This document shows positions 23,449-33,453 of a stretch of DNA of 64,000 nucleotides, one piece after another. Both the position numbers and the translations under genes were made by a program. The notes below the pieces were generated by a model that did not search any database, was not told where the DNA came from, and was given only the letters and a program-made list of their open reading frames with translations. The first letter of the stretch is position 1; the number at the start of each line of letters is the position of its first letter. Origin of the DNA: Candidatus Gemmiger stercorigallinarum (GTDB lineage: Bacteria; Bacillota; Clostridia; Oscillospirales; Ruminococcaceae); NCBI GenBank assembly GCA_019119495.1, contig DWWX01000020.1, forward strand, positions 57,738-121,737, in the 5' to 3' direction.

Positions 23449-25062
23449 ATGACGCGCCGCCGCCTGAATGTTGTCTGCGCTGCGCTGGTGCTGCTGTTCG
23501 GCATCGTGCTCTGCCGCGTGCTGTGGATCGCCACAGACACCGGCTATGCGGTCAGCGCCGGCGCACAGACGGTCTCTACCACTGCGCTGCCCCGCAGCCG
23601 CGGCGATTTTTTTGACCGCATGGGCCGCCGCCTGACCGGCGTGCGGCAGCAATGGTATGCGCTGTGCATCCCCGGCGATTCCAGCTATGCGCGCCTGTTC
23701 CCCTATGTGCCTTACGCGCAGCAAAGCGAGCTTTACGACAACCGCAACAGCGCCCAGCCGTTTCTGGTGCAGGTCTCCGGCGACCTGGGCGCCAACGGCA
23801 TCTATACCTATCCGGGCAGCCAGCGATATCTGGACGCGCCCATCGCGCCGCATCTGATCGGCTACCTGGACGGCGACGGCCATGGGGTGTCCGGGCTGGA
23901 GCTGGCCTGCGACGATATCCTTTTCACCGCCGCCGACGCGCAGACGGTGGCCTGTGCCACTACGGCGCAGGGCAGCCTTCTGGACGGCACGGCGCCCGAC
24001 CTGGAAACGGTGGAACAGGGCAGCGGCCTGGGGGTGCAGCTGACGCTGGACGCCGAGATCCAGCGCGCCTGCGAGGGCATTGCCCAGGCGCGGATGGAGA
24101 CCGGCTGCATCCTGGTGGCGGATGTGGACACCGCACAGGTTTTGGCCAGCGTCAGCGTGCCGGAATTTGACCCGGACAACATCCAAAAAAGCATCGACGC
24201 CAACGACACCTCGCTGATCAACCGCAGCTTTTCGGCGTTCAGCGCCGGGTCGGTGTTCAAGGTGGTGCTGGCGGCGGCCGCCTATCAGTATGGCTTGGAC
24301 TGGTTTACCCACGACTGCGAGGGAGCCATCGAGGTGGCCGACCAGACCTACCGCTGCGCGCTGGGCCGCGCCCACGGCACGGTCAACCTGCGGGGCGCGC
24401 TGGAGCAAAGCTGCAACTGCTACTTTGTGGCGCTGGGCCAGGCGCTGGGCACCGAGCGGGTGCTTTCCATGGCCGAGCAGTTCGGCTTTGGCCGGCCGAC
24501 CGCCGTGGCAGGCGGGCTGAAGACCGGTGCGGGGGTCCTGCCAAATGCGCAGACGCTGCAAAACGTGGGCCAGCTGGCGATGTTCTCCTTTGGGCAAGGG
24601 GAGTTGACCGTGACGCCGGTGCAGATCACCGCCATGATGCGAGCCATCGCGGGGGATGGCTGCTATCTGCCGCTGACCTTTGTGCAGGGCGTGGTGGACA
24701 GCGAGACGCTGCAGCCTGCCGGTACAGGGGCCGCGCCGGCTGCCGAGCCGCAGCGTGTCTGCACGGTGCAAACCGCCCGTGTGCTGCGCAGCATGCTGCA
24801 AAGCGTGGTGACCGACGGCATCGGCGGCGACGCGGCGCCGTCCTGGGAGGAGGCCGGCGGCAAGACCGGCACCGCCCAGACCGGCCAGTTTGACGCGGCG
24901 GGGGAGGAGCTGCTCAACTACTGGTTTTCCGGCTTTTACCCTGCCGGGGAACCCCGGTATGTCATCACCGTCCTGCAGGACGCCACGCTGGAACCGCAGA
25001 CCAGCAGCGCCGCCGTCTTTGCCTGTGTGGCAGATGCGCTGCACGCGCTGGAAAACGGTTGA
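23449..25062 (+). CDS. Class B penicillin-binding protein (PbpI/SpoVD-like transpeptidase)
   Basis: N-terminal TM, RG.FFDR, GVSGLE, SxxK (GSVFK), SCN, KTGTAQ. Confidence 0.9.
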   Translation: MTRRRLNVVCAALVLLFGIVLCRVLWIATDTGYAVSAGAQTVSTTALPRSRGDFFDRMGRRLTGVRQQWYALCIPGDSSYARLFPYVPYAQQSELYDNRNSAQPFLVQVSGDLGANGIYTYPGSQRYLDAPIAPHLIGYLDGDGHGVSGLELACDDILFTAADAQTVACATTAQGSLLDGTAPDLETVEQGSGLGVQLTLDAEIQRACEGIAQARMETGCILVADVDTAQVLASVSVPEFDPDNIQKSIDANDTSLINRSFSAFSAGSVFKVVLAAAAYQYGLDWFTHDCEGAIEVADQTYRCALGRAHGTVNLRGALEQSCNCYFVALGQALGTERVLSMAEQFGFGRPTAVAGGLKTGAGVLPNAQTLQNVGQLAMFSFGQGELTVTPVQITAMMRAIAGDGCYLPLTFVQGVVDSETLQPAGTGAAPAAEPQRVCTVQTARVLRSMLQSVVTDGIGGDAAPSWEEAGGKTGTAQTGQFDAAGEELLNYWFSGFYPAGEPRYVITVLQDATLEPQTSSAAVFACVADALHALENG

Positions 25063-25087
25063 CAAGACGAAAAGGACGGCATATAAT
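25059..25087 (+). promoter_or_regulatory. SigA promoter of alaS
   Basis: Perfect TTGACA-17 nt-TATAAT; -35 overlaps the PBP stop codon. Confidence 0.85.
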
Positions 25088-25099
25088 GATCGTGTAAAA

Positions 25100-25365
25100 T
25101 TGCAAAAGGCTGAGAAGGGGTCAACCTCCCCCAACGGCTTCGCTTCAGAGAGGGCGCTGTTTTGCTGCAAAGTGCCTGCGGATGCCGGGAGGAATGCCGC
25201 CCCGGAGCCCCCGGCAGAACCGGGCGTGGCCGCAGCGTTAATGCGGGCAAAGCGGCGGGCCGCCCTGTTGTACCCAAAAGGCAGCGTAGCCCGCAAACCG
25301 GGTGGTACCACGGAAGCAGATCCAGCCTTCGTCCCAGAAATTGGGGCGGAGGCTTATTCTTTTGC
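25100..25365 (+). ncRNA. T-box riboswitch (Ala)
   Basis: AGAGA and GCTG-like stem I motifs, specifier GCC at 25196-25198, T-box GGGTGGTACCACGG (~25300-25313), terminator AGCCTTCGTCCC...GGGGCGGAGGCT-TATTCTTTT. Confidence 0.9.
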
Positions 25366-25430
25366 GGCCCGCGCTTTGCCAAACGGAAAGAGCCAAATGC
25401 AAGAAAAAGGGAATGGAGAGTCAACACACT

Positions 25431-28091
25431 ATGCAATGGACAGGCTTGAACGATCTGCGCGAAAAATATCTGCACTTTTTTGAGGGCAAGGACCACCTGC
25501 GTCTGGGCAGCTTCCCGCTGGTGCCGAAAGACGACCCCAGCCTGCTGCTTATCAACAGCGGCATGGCCCCCATGAAAAAATGGTTCCTGGGCCAGGAGGA
25601 GCCGCCCCGCCACCGGGTGACTACCTGCCAGAAGTGCATCCGCACCCCGGACATTGAGCGCGTGGGCATCACCGCCCGCCACGGCACCTTCTTCGAGATG
25701 CTGGGCAACTTCAGCTTTCAGGACTATTTCAAGAAGGAGGCCATTCCATGGGCCTGGGAGTTTTTGACCCAGACGCTGGAGATCCCCGCTGAAAAGCTCT
25801 ATATCTCGGTCTATCTGGACGACGACGAGGCCTATGATATCTGGACCAAGGAGATCGGCATTCCGGAAAGCCATATGGTCCGCTTCGGCAAGGAGGACAA
25901 CTTCTGGGAGCACGGCTCCGGTCCCTGCGGCCCCTGCTCCGAGATCTACTATGACCGCGGCCCGGAGTTCGGCTGCGGCAAGCCCACCTGCGGCGTCGGC
26001 TGCGACTGCGACCGCTATATGGAGATCTGGAACCTGGTGTTCAGCCAGTTTGACTCGGACGGCAACGGCCACTACGAGCGCCTGGCCAAGCCCAACATCG
26101 ACACCGGCATGGGCCTGGAGCGCCTGGCCTGCGTGATGCAGGGCGTGGGCAACCTGTTCGAGGTGGACACCGTCGCCGCCGTGCTGCACCATGTGGAGCA
26201 CATCGCCGGCAAGACCTACAAGCAGAACGAGAAGGACGACATTTCCATCCGCGTCATCACCGACCACATCCGCTCCACCGTGTTCATGGTATCGGACGGT
26301 ATCCTGCCCTCCAACGAGGGCCGCGGCTATGTGCTGCGCCGCCTGCTGCGCCGCGCCGCCCGCCACGGCCGGATGCTGGGCATCGACCGCCCCTTCCTGA
26401 CCGAGCTGGTGGACACTGTCATCGCCTCCAGCGAGCAGGGCTACCCGGAGCTGCGCGAGCACGAGGCCTACATCAAAAAGGTCATCGGCACCGAGGAGGA
26501 GCGTTTCGGCCGCACCATCGACGCCGGCCTGAACATCCTGCACAGCATGATCGACAAGCTGGCGACTTCCGGCCTCAAGACCCTCTCCGGCGCGGAGGCT
26601 TTCAAGCTCAACGATACCTTCGGCTTCCCGCTGGACCTGACCCGCGAGATCGCCGCCGAAGCCGGCCTGAACGTGGACGAGGACGCCTTCCATGCCGAGA
26701 TGACCAAGCAGCGGGAACGCGCCCGCGCCGAGCGCCTGGCCAAGGACATCTCCGGCTGGGCCGCCGACCTGTTTGGCGAGCTGGACGCCGAGCCCACCGT
26801 CTTTGACGGCTACGACACCCTGTCCGAGCGCGCCAAGGTCGTGGCCCTGTCCGAGGGCGAGGAACTGGCCGACGCCATTGCCACCGATGTGGAGCAGAAA
26901 GAGGACGTTCTGGTGGTGCTGGACCGCACCCCCTTCTACGCCGAGATGGGCGGCCAGGTGGCCGACCACGGCTATATCGCCTCCGGCGACGCCAAGCTGC
27001 GGGTCGATCAGGTGAAAAAGACGCCCAAGGGCTACTATGTCCACACCTGCACCCTGCTGGAAGGCACCATCAAGGTGGGCGACGAGGTGGACGCCGTGGT
27101 GGAGGAAGGCCGCCGCATGGCCATCTGCCGCAACCACACCGCCACCCATCTGCTGCAGGCTGCCCTGCGGGAAGTGCTGGGCGACCATGTGCACCAGGCC
27201 GGCAGCTACCAGGACGACAAGATCACCCACTTTGACTTCACCCACTTCAGCGCCGTCACCCCGGAGGAGCTGAAAGAGGTCGAGCGCCGCGTCAACGACA
27301 AGATCTTTGCCTCGCTGCCGGTGGAAGTCCGCAACATGCCCATCGACGAGGCCAAAAAGCTGGGCGCCATGGCGCTGTTTGGAGAGAAATACGGCGACGT
27401 GGTCCGCGTGGTGGACGTCTGCGGCTGGAGCACCGAGTTCTGCGGCGGCACCCATGTAAAGAACACCGCCCAGATCGGCTGCTTCCGCATCCTCAGCGAG
27501 AGCAGTGTGGCCGCCGGCATCCGCCGCATCGAGGCTACCACCGGCTACGGCGTGCTGCGCCTGCTGGACGAACGCTGCAACGAGCTGGACTGCGCCGCCC
27601 GCTGCCTGAAGGTGGGCAATGTGCACGACCTGCCCGCCCGCGTGGCGGCCGTTGTGGCGGAGCTGAAGGAGGCCAACAAGCAGCTGGACATCGCCCGCGC
27701 AAGCATCGCCGCCGCCAAGATCGACGGCCTGTTCGACGCGGCCGAGGATGTGGACGGCGTGCGCATCGTCACCGCCTTCTTCAGCGGCACCGGCTCCGAC
27801 GCGCTGCGCAGCATGTGCGACAAGATCCGCGACAAGGCCCCCAATGTGGTGGCGGCGCTGATCGGCTCTGACGCCGGCAAGACCACACTGGCCGTCAGCG
27901 TCAGCAAAAACGCCCAGGCCCGCGGCCTGAAGGCCGGCCTGCTGGCCAAGCAGGTCGCGGCCATCGCCGGCGGTAACGGCGGCGGCAAGCCCGACTTTGC
28001 CATGGCCGGCATCCGCGACAACACCAAGATCGACGAGGCGCTGGCCGCCGTTGCCGGTATCGTGAAAGCGGAGCTGGAAAAAAACGGCTGA
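25431..28091 (+). CDS. alaS: Alanine-tRNA ligase
   Basis: DPSLLLINSGM, QKCIR, HGTFFEMLGNFSF, DTGMGLER, HTATH, CGGTH, GGGKP. Confidence 0.98.
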   Translation: MQWTGLNDLREKYLHFFEGKDHLRLGSFPLVPKDDPSLLLINSGMAPMKKWFLGQEEPPRHRVTTCQKCIRTPDIERVGITARHGTFFEMLGNFSFQDYFKKEAIPWAWEFLTQTLEIPAEKLYISVYLDDDEAYDIWTKEIGIPESHMVRFGKEDNFWEHGSGPCGPCSEIYYDRGPEFGCGKPTCGVGCDCDRYMEIWNLVFSQFDSDGNGHYERLAKPNIDTGMGLERLACVMQGVGNLFEVDTVAAVLHHVEHIAGKTYKQNEKDDISIRVITDHIRSTVFMVSDGILPSNEGRGYVLRRLLRRAARHGRMLGIDRPFLTELVDTVIASSEQGYPELREHEAYIKKVIGTEEERFGRTIDAGLNILHSMIDKLATSGLKTLSGAEAFKLNDTFGFPLDLTREIAAEAGLNVDEDAFHAEMTKQRERARAERLAKDISGWAADLFGELDAEPTVFDGYDTLSERAKVVALSEGEELADAIATDVEQKEDVLVVLDRTPFYAEMGGQVADHGYIASGDAKLRVDQVKKTPKGYYVHTCTLLEGTIKVGDEVDAVVEEGRRMAICRNHTATHLLQAALREVLGDHVHQAGSYQDDKITHFDFTHFSAVTPEELKEVERRVNDKIFASLPVEVRNMPIDEAKKLGAMALFGEKYGDVVRVVDVCGWSTEFCGGTHVKNTAQIGCFRILSESSVAAGIRRIEATTGYGVLRLLDERCNELDCAARCLKVGNVHDLPARVAAVVAELKEANKQLDIARASIAAAKIDGLFDAAEDVDGVRIVTAFFSGTGSDALRSMCDKIRDKAPNVVAALIGSDAGKTTLAVSVSKNAQARGLKAGLLAKQVAAIAGGNGGGKPDFAMAGIRDNTKIDEALAAVAGIVKAELEKNG

Positions 28092-28222
28092 GTGGTGTAT
28101 AATACCTGTGTACGATAAACTGCCGGGCGGGGGCTGCCGGTTTTGTCCGGCCCCCCTTGCGGCGGGCGGTTCACCCAAAATACCGGGCCGGCATCCGGTC
28201 CATCACAAAGGAGGGCAACATC

Positions 28223-28564
28223 ATGGCAGACTGCCTGTTCTGCAACATTGCGGCAGGGAAGATCCCCTCGAACAAGCTGTACGAGGACGACACGCTGCTG
28301 GCGTTTTACGACATTGACCCCCAGGCCCCGGTGCATTTCTTGGTCATCCCCAAAACGCACATCGACTCGGCCGCTGCGCTGACCGAGGCGGACGCCCCGC
28401 TGCTGGGCCATGTCTTTGCGGTCATCGCAAAGCTGTGCGCCGAGCTGGGCTGCGACGGCGGCTACCGCGTCGTCACCAACGTGGGCGAGGACGGCGGCCA
28501 GAGCGTCAAGCACCTGCATTTCCATGTGCTGGCAAAGCGCAGCCTGGCCTGGCCTCCGGGCTGA
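28223..28564 (+). CDS. Histidine triad (HIT) nucleotide-binding protein
   Basis: DCLFC, PQAPVHFLVIPK, GQSVKHLHFHV, WPPG. Confidence 0.95.
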   Translation: MADCLFCNIAAGKIPSNKLYEDDTLLAFYDIDPQAPVHFLVIPKTHIDSAAALTEADAPLLGHVFAVIAKLCAELGCDGGYRVVTNVGEDGGQSVKHLHFHVLAKRSLAWPPG

Positions 28565-28697
28565 TCCCGGTCCGTTTTTCGCGCGGGTTTTGCGCGGTTT
28601 AAGTTTGGCAGGGGGAACCCGGCAGCAAAGCCAGAGCACCGTTTGGCGCGAGGATGCCTGCGGAACCCCCGGAGAATGAAAAAGAGGGAAGAAAATT

Positions 28698-29237
28698 ATG
28701 GCAGATACCTATACCCTTCACGTGGCGGGCCTGACGCGGGAACTGCCCATCTGCAAGGTCAACGATCACATGGACATCGCCGCTTTTATCATGTTCGGCG
28801 ACGTGGAGCTGACCGTCGCCTGCGCACGCGACCTGCTGGCCAAGTGCCCGGACTTTGACATCATCCTGACCGCCGAGGCCAAGGGCATCCCCCTGGCCTA
28901 CGAGATGGCCCGCCAGAGCGGCAAGCCCTGGCTGACCGCGCGCAAGGGCGTCAAGCTGTACATGAGCGAGCCGGTGGTCATTGAGGACGAGTCCATCACC
29001 ACGGCCGGCAAGCAGAAGCTGGTCATCGACAAAAAAGACATCGACGCGATGAACGGCAAGCGCATTTTGATCGTGGACGATGTGATCTCCACCGGCGGTT
29101 CGCTCCATGCGCTGGAAACGCTGGCCGCCCGCAGCACCGGCACCGTTGTGGGCTGCTGCGCCGCGCTGGCAGAGGGGGATGCGGCCAAGCGCACCGACAT
29201 CTTCTTCCTGGAACCCCTGCCGCTGTTTTTCCACTGA
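28698..29237 (+). CDS. Adenine/purine phosphoribosyltransferase family protein
   Basis: AEAKGIP, ARK, PRPP motif ILIVDDVISTGGS. Confidence 0.85.
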   Translation: MADTYTLHVAGLTRELPICKVNDHMDIAAFIMFGDVELTVACARDLLAKCPDFDIILTAEAKGIPLAYEMARQSGKPWLTARKGVKLYMSEPVVIEDESITTAGKQKLVIDKKDIDAMNGKRILIVDDVISTGGSLHALETLAARSTGTVVGCCAALAEGDAAKRTDIFFLEPLPLFFH

Positions 29238-29240
29238 TCC

Positions 29241-31343
29241 ATGAAACGTAAGCTGGCGGTATTCGGCCTGGCCTTCTCTCTGGCCGAGCTGGCCGCGGCC
29301 TACCTGCCGTCGCCGGCCGTCTGGCTGGCGGCGGCTTTTGCGTTGGCGGGGGCGGTCTGGGCCTTCCGGTACCGGAAGGCAAGGGCAGCAGTGCTGCCCT
29401 TGATGGCAGCTGTCTGCCTGGGGCTTGGCTGCCATCTGGCTTACCGCGCGCTGGCGGTGCAGCCGGCCCTGGCGCTGGCGGGCCGCACCGTGCAGGTCAC
29501 GGCAACGGTGCAGACCGACGCCGAGACCTCCTACCAGGAGGACCGGCTGCGCGGCACGCTGCATATCACCGAGCTGGACGGCCGGCCCGCCGACCTGCTT
29601 GTTTCCTGCGCAAACTTCCCCGGCACGCAGCCCGGCGAGGTCTTTTCCGCCGTGCTTGCGCTGGAGGAACTGGAGGACGACTCCTACCGCATGGACCGCT
29701 ATGCCGACGGCGTCTATCTGGCCGCCGACTATCTGGAAGGCTACGCCTACCTGGGCGACAGCAGCGCGCCGGCGTTCTGGCTGTACCGGCTGCGGCGGGC
29801 GCTTTCCCGCCGGCTGACCACCTGGCTGCCGGCCGAGGAGGGCGGCGTGGAGGCCGCCATGCTCATCGGCGACACCGCCCGCCTGAGCGATACCCAGCAG
29901 GAAAACTTCCGCGTGGCGGGCGTGTCCCATCTGCTGGCAGTGTCCGGTCTGCACGTCACGCTGCTGTGCGGCCTGCTTGCGCCGGCGGGGGACCCGCGCA
30001 AGCGGTTTTCCCGGCCGCGCATTGCAGGGCAGGCGGCGGTGCTGCTGTTGTACCTGGCGCTGATCGGCTTCCCGGTATCGGCGGTGCGGGCGGGCTTTGT
30101 CTATCTGGTGGCGCTGGGCGGCTACTTTTTTGTGCAGCCGCCGGATACGCTCACCTCCATGGGGCTGGCCGCCCTGGTGCTTGGCGTCCAGAACGCCTAT
30201 TTCGTCTGCGACCTGGGGTTCCAGCTGTCTTTTTCGGCGGTGCTGGGTGTGCAGGCGGCTTCGGCCCTTGCCCGGTGGGAGCGCCGCCGCCTGCCGCCGC
30301 AGGACAGCCCCTTGCAGGAAGCCGCCCGCCGGGCGCTGCTATGGCTGGCGGAGACCCTGCAGGTCACGGTTTTGGCAACGCTGGCCACCATGCCGGTATT
30401 GCTGGCCCGCGGCATGACGGTCAGCGGCGTCGGCGTGCTGACCAATCTGCTGGTGGTGTGGATGCTTCAGCCCGCGCTGGTGCTGGGCATCGGGGTGCTG
30501 CTGCTCTCGGCTTTGCCGGTTCTGTCTTTTGCCATGCACGGGCTCAGTTTGGTGCTGGCGCTGTGGCTGCGGGCAATATGCGCGGTCATTGGCTGGTGCG
30601 CCTCGCTGCCGGGGGCGCGGCTGGCGCTGCCCGCCGCCTACACGCTGTTTGTGCTGGCCGTGCTGGGCGTTTTGGCGGCGGTTTTCTGGCGGATGCGAAA
30701 ATTTGGCTGGTACCTGCCCGCCGCGGCGGTCTGTGCGGCGCTGGCCATCGGGTTGGGCGTCCGCATGGACCGGGACGTGGTGCGCATCGCGGTGGTGGGC
30801 ACGGCAGGCAACCCCTGCCTGGTGGTCACCCAAAACGGGCAGGCGGCGGTGCTGTTCCGCGGCGGCAGCTCCAACCTGCGGGCGGTGCAGGAGTATCTGG
30901 ACAACGCCGGCGGCCTGCCGCAGACGCTGCTGGTGGACCTGCGCCAGGACCCGCGCGCCATGGAGTTTGACGCCGAAACGGTCATCGCGATGGATTCGCT
31001 GGACAGCGGCCTTGCCGCGCAGACGATCCTGGACGGCGTTACGCTGGAGCTTGTGCACGATCCTGGCGGCAACCTTGCGGTGCTGGACATAAACGGCTAT
31101 ACTGTGGGTATCATGGCGGGCCGCGCCAGGCTGGTGCAGCCGCTTGCACTGAACATCTACTGCGCCGGCGCCAGCTATCCGGACAGCATCGACGCCGACA
31201 CGGTGATCTACACCTCCCGCGCCGCCGACTGGCTGGAGGAAGCGGACGCCGAACTGCTGTACGGGCCGGAGGAACCGGTGGTGACCATCCGCCCCGGCCG
31301 CTCGGCCACCATAGACGGAGTGAAAGAGTATGCTGTACAGTGA
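29241..31343 (+). CDS. comEC: ComEC/Rec2 family competence protein
   Basis: GVSHLLAVSGLH, SAVRA, DLGFQLSF; many TM helices; upstream of holA. Confidence 0.88.
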   Translation: MKRKLAVFGLAFSLAELAAAYLPSPAVWLAAAFALAGAVWAFRYRKARAAVLPLMAAVCLGLGCHLAYRALAVQPALALAGRTVQVTATVQTDAETSYQEDRLRGTLHITELDGRPADLLVSCANFPGTQPGEVFSAVLALEELEDDSYRMDRYADGVYLAADYLEGYAYLGDSSAPAFWLYRLRRALSRRLTTWLPAEEGGVEAAMLIGDTARLSDTQQENFRVAGVSHLLAVSGLHVTLLCGLLAPAGDPRKRFSRPRIAGQAAVLLLYLALIGFPVSAVRAGFVYLVALGGYFFVQPPDTLTSMGLAALVLGVQNAYFVCDLGFQLSFSAVLGVQAASALARWERRRLPPQDSPLQEAARRALLWLAETLQVTVLATLATMPVLLARGMTVSGVGVLTNLLVVWMLQPALVLGIGVLLLSALPVLSFAMHGLSLVLALWLRAICAVIGWCASLPGARLALPAAYTLFVLAVLGVLAAVFWRMRKFGWYLPAAAVCAALAIGLGVRMDRDVVRIAVVGTAGNPCLVVTQNGQAAVLFRGGSSNLRAVQEYLDNAGGLPQTLLVDLRQDPRAMEFDAETVIAMDSLDSGLAAQTILDGVTLELVHDPGGNLAVLDINGYTVGIMAGRARLVQPLALNIYCAGASYPDSIDADTVIYTSRAADWLEEADAELLYGPEEPVVTIRPGRSATIDGVKEYAVQ

Positions 31344-32361
31344 GAACGAACTGAAAAAGCGCCTGAAAGCCGGCTGCGGCATTTTCTATTTCTATGCCTC
31401 GGACGAGGCGCTGGTGCGCGACGCAGCCGGCAAGGCCGAACGCGCCCTGCTGGCCGGCGACCCTGAAACGACGGTGCTGCCCGGCCCCACCCCCACGGTG
31501 GAGGAGATCGTCATGGCGGCGGGGACTATCTCGTTTTTCGGCGGCAGGCGGCTGGTCAAACTGCCGCTGATCCGCCCCTCCGCCTACTCGGACAAGGACC
31601 TGCAGGAGGTCTGCGACACGCTGGCCGACACCGAGAACGCGGTCTTTCTTCTGACCAGCGTGTTCGAGGAGCATTACGGCAAGATCAAGCCCGGCAAGCG
31701 GGAACAGAAGCTGATCTCCGCCTGCGAAAAGCTGGGATACTGCGTCCGGGTGGCCAAGCCCGGCCGCAGCGACCTGCAAAAGCTGCTGCGCACATGGGCC
31801 GGGGAGATGGGGACGACCTTTGCCCCCGGCGCCGACACCCAGCTGCTGGACCGCTGCGGCGAGGACCAGTTTTTGCTGCGCAACGAGGTGGACAAGCTGG
31901 CGGCGCTGTCCGGCTACGGCACCGTCACGCCGGAGATGGTGCGGGAGCTGGGCACCGTTACGCTGGATGCCGACACCTTTGACATGGTCAAGCTGGTCAC
32001 CTCCGGCCAGACGGCCAAGGCGCTGCAAAAGCTCAAAGTTCTGCTGGAGCTGCAAAACGACCCCATCCTGATCACCGGCGCACTGATCGGCAACTATCTG
32101 GATATTTACCGGGTGTTCCTGGCCCGGCGCAGCCGCCGCCAGCTGGCCGACGCGGCCAAAGACTTCGGCTACACCGGCAAATGGAACTACCGCCTGGGCA
32201 ACGCCGAGAAAGCCGCCGCCCGTTTCAGTCGCGCCCAGCTGGAAAACAGCCTGTGCATCCTGCAGCAGCTGGACCTGGATCTGAAACGCAGCAAGCTGGA
32301 CAGCGACCTGCTGCTGCAAAAAGCGTTGTGCCAGCTGGCCCTGGCGGGAGGCCGCCGATGA
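31330..32361 (+). CDS. holA: DNA polymerase III delta subunit
   Basis: T.SFFGGRRLV, L.NEVDKL, LDLDLK; comEC-holA synteny. Confidence 0.85.
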   Translation: MLYSENELKKRLKAGCGIFYFYASDEALVRDAAGKAERALLAGDPETTVLPGPTPTVEEIVMAAGTISFFGGRRLVKLPLIRPSAYSDKDLQEVCDTLADTENAVFLLTSVFEEHYGKIKPGKREQKLISACEKLGYCVRVAKPGRSDLQKLLRTWAGEMGTTFAPGADTQLLDRCGEDQFLLRNEVDKLAALSGYGTVTPEMVRELGTVTLDADTFDMVKLVTSGQTAKALQKLKVLLELQNDPILITGALIGNYLDIYRVFLARRSRRQLADAAKDFGYTGKWNYRLGNAEKAAARFSRAQLENSLCILQQLDLDLKRSKLDSDLLLQKALCQLALAGGRR

Positions 32362-33347
32362 AACTGCAGCTGGACCGCGTGCTGGTGGTGGAGGGCAAGT
32401 ACGACGCCGCCCGCCTGGCCGGCATTGTGGAAGGGACGATTTTGACCACCGACGGCTTTGCCGTATTCAAGGACAGGACGATGCAGGCGCTGTTCAGGCG
32501 CCTGGCCCGGACAAAAGGGCTGATCGTTTTGACCGACTCGGACGCGGCGGGGTTCCGCATCCGCCATTTTGTCACCCGCATTGCGGGGGCGGAGCATGTG
32601 GTGCAGGCCTATGTGCCCGCCCTGCCCGGCAAGGAGCCCCGCAAGGCGGAGCCTGGCAGGGAGGGCCTGCTGGGCGTGGAGGGCGTGCCCAACGAGGTGA
32701 TCTTGGCCGGCCTGCGCACCGCCCTGGCCGGCGTGCCGCAGCAGGGCGGCGCCCCGGCGCAGGCGGAACCGATCCTGTACAGCGATTTGTACGAGTGGGG
32801 GCTTTCCGGCCGGCCGGACTGCGCCGACTTCCGCCGCCGCTTTCTGCGCAAGATCGGCCTGCCGCCGCGGCTGAGCAAAAAAGAACTGCTGGAAGTGCTG
32901 AATACCCTGTACACCCGCGAGGCCCTGCGGCGGGAGTGCGAGGCGGCAAAACCAAAAGCGAACGCAGAACAGGAGGAAGCCCCGATGACGGAACCCTCAA
33001 ATGCTCCTTCCCGGAAAATCGCCTTCTGCGGGCTGGTCTGCTCGGAATGCCCGGTCTGGATCGCCACACAGGCTGGCGACAGGGCGGCCATGGCCCGATT
33101 GGCGCAGGAATATTCCACGCCGGATTTCGCCTTTGCACCCGATGACATGGTGTGCCGGGGGTGCGATTCTCCCGCAGGGGCCAACGAGAAAATGTGTGCC
33201 GGCTGCCCCATGCGGCAGTGCGGCATGGGCCGCGGGCTGCCCCATTGCGCCGCCTGCCCGGACTATCCCTGCCGGACGGTGGAGCAGTATATCCCCGCCG
33301 ATTCCGACCGCCGCCGGCTGCTGGACAGCCTGGCCGAAGCATACTGA
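32358..33347 (+). CDS. rnmV: Ribonuclease M5 (toprim + DUF4093) fused in frame to a Cys-rich DUF3795-like domain
   Basis: LVVEGKYD, LTDSD.AG, DLYEWGLSG, SKKELL; C-terminal CGLVCSECP, CRGC, C..C.MR.C, HC..C.DYPC. Confidence 0.75.
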   Translation: MKLQLDRVLVVEGKYDAARLAGIVEGTILTTDGFAVFKDRTMQALFRRLARTKGLIVLTDSDAAGFRIRHFVTRIAGAEHVVQAYVPALPGKEPRKAEPGREGLLGVEGVPNEVILAGLRTALAGVPQQGGAPAQAEPILYSDLYEWGLSGRPDCADFRRRFLRKIGLPPRLSKKELLEVLNTLYTREALRRECEAAKPKANAEQEEAPMTEPSNAPSRKIAFCGLVCSECPVWIATQAGDRAAMARLAQEYSTPDFAFAPDDMVCRGCDSPAGANEKMCAGCPMRQCGMGRGLPHCAACPDYPCRTVEQYIPADSDRRRLLDSLAEAY

Positions 33348-33373
33348 ACGGCGCCGGCCGGCAATGCAAACAA

Positions 33374-33423
33374 ACGCCAGGCGGAAGCCCCCAACCACAA
33401 AGGGGCTTCCGCCTGGCGTTTTG
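33374..33423. terminator. Bidirectional terminator between convergent genes
   Basis: AACGCCAGGCGGAAGCCCC...GGGGCTTCCGCCTGGCGTTTT. Confidence 0.8.
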
Positions 33424-33453
33424 CCTGCCGCGCAAAGCGGGGCAGGGGAGGGG

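Noticed and set aside
24936-28178. 1080-aa minus-strand ORF and other long antisense ORFs (e.g. 471-2438, 16985-19282, 19727-21430, 41797-44235, 47732-49312)
   Set aside because: Shadow frames opposite well-recognised genes; high GC3 codon usage suppresses antisense stops; no recognisable motifs.
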